This document shows, in pieces, positions 63,955 to 64,000 of a DNA stretch of 64,000 nt. The notes below the pieces were generated by a model that was not told the origin of the DNA, searched no databases, and saw only the letters and a program-made list of their open reading frames with translations. How positions within the stretch are numbered: position 1 is the stretch's first letter; each line of letters begins with the position of its first letter. Both the position numbers and the translations under genes were made by a program. Source of the DNA: an uncultured Verrucomicrobiota bacterium (GTDB lineage Bacteria; Verrucomicrobiota; Verrucomicrobiia; Opitutales; UBA9783); assembly GCA_946186275.1 (NCBI GenBank), contig CAMHMO010000002.1, forward strand, positions 67,436 to 131,435, read 5' to 3'.

Positions 63955-64000
63955 CCGTAGAACGGTTTTCGAACGCATTCGATACGGAAGGGTGCGGAAT

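Overview
This 64-kb window is chromosomal DNA from a diderm-type bacterium and includes the dnaA/origin region. About two thirds is recognisable housekeeping DNA. That part holds a partial dcw cluster (LysM lipoprotein-ftsW-murG), thyA-folA, dnaA, a dCMP deaminase, plsC, a sigma-54 response regulator and an LptF/G-family permease. It also holds dnaG-rpoD, pheT, gatC-gatA-(SDR)-gatB, der, a Xer-type recombinase, divergent bioDA/bioB, tRNA-Ser(GCU), ugd and secG. Five blocks totalling about 21 kb are interleaved with this core. They look more A/T- and purine-rich by eye, and I cannot assign their genes to any family. They encode very large, low-complexity or coiled-coil proteins: an ORF of more than 2214 aa that is open to the left window edge, a 528-aa LRR-like/coiled-coil protein with a 128-aa partner, a 918+613+112-aa operon, a 394-aa secreted protein, and a 1696-aa membrane-anchored K/E-rich repeat protein. 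Other notable items are listed here. There is a tandemly duplicated YoeB-like toxin/RHH antitoxin pair with mosaic conservation and apparently leaderless promoters. A perfect 14-bp x5 tandem repeat and a ~500-bp polypurine tract with a canonical G4 motif lie upstream of the 918-aa gene. Two tandem paralogous Cys-containing small ORFs lie between xer and bioA. Several housekeeping genes have atypical architectures: MurG carries a ~100-aa insertion, DnaG lacks 3 of 4 zinc ligands, PheT lacks its N-terminal region and has a broken 5' end, and gatCAB is interrupted by an SDR gene. A Vat/CatB-type acetyltransferase next to the tRNA is frameshifted. I saw no CRISPR array, IS element, prophage, rRNA or recognisable defence system. 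The most system-like unexplained loci are the 25.2-30.8 kb operon with its unusual upstream DNA and the set of giant ORFan genes as a whole. All functional ideas for these are inference and need database and structure searches that I cannot run.
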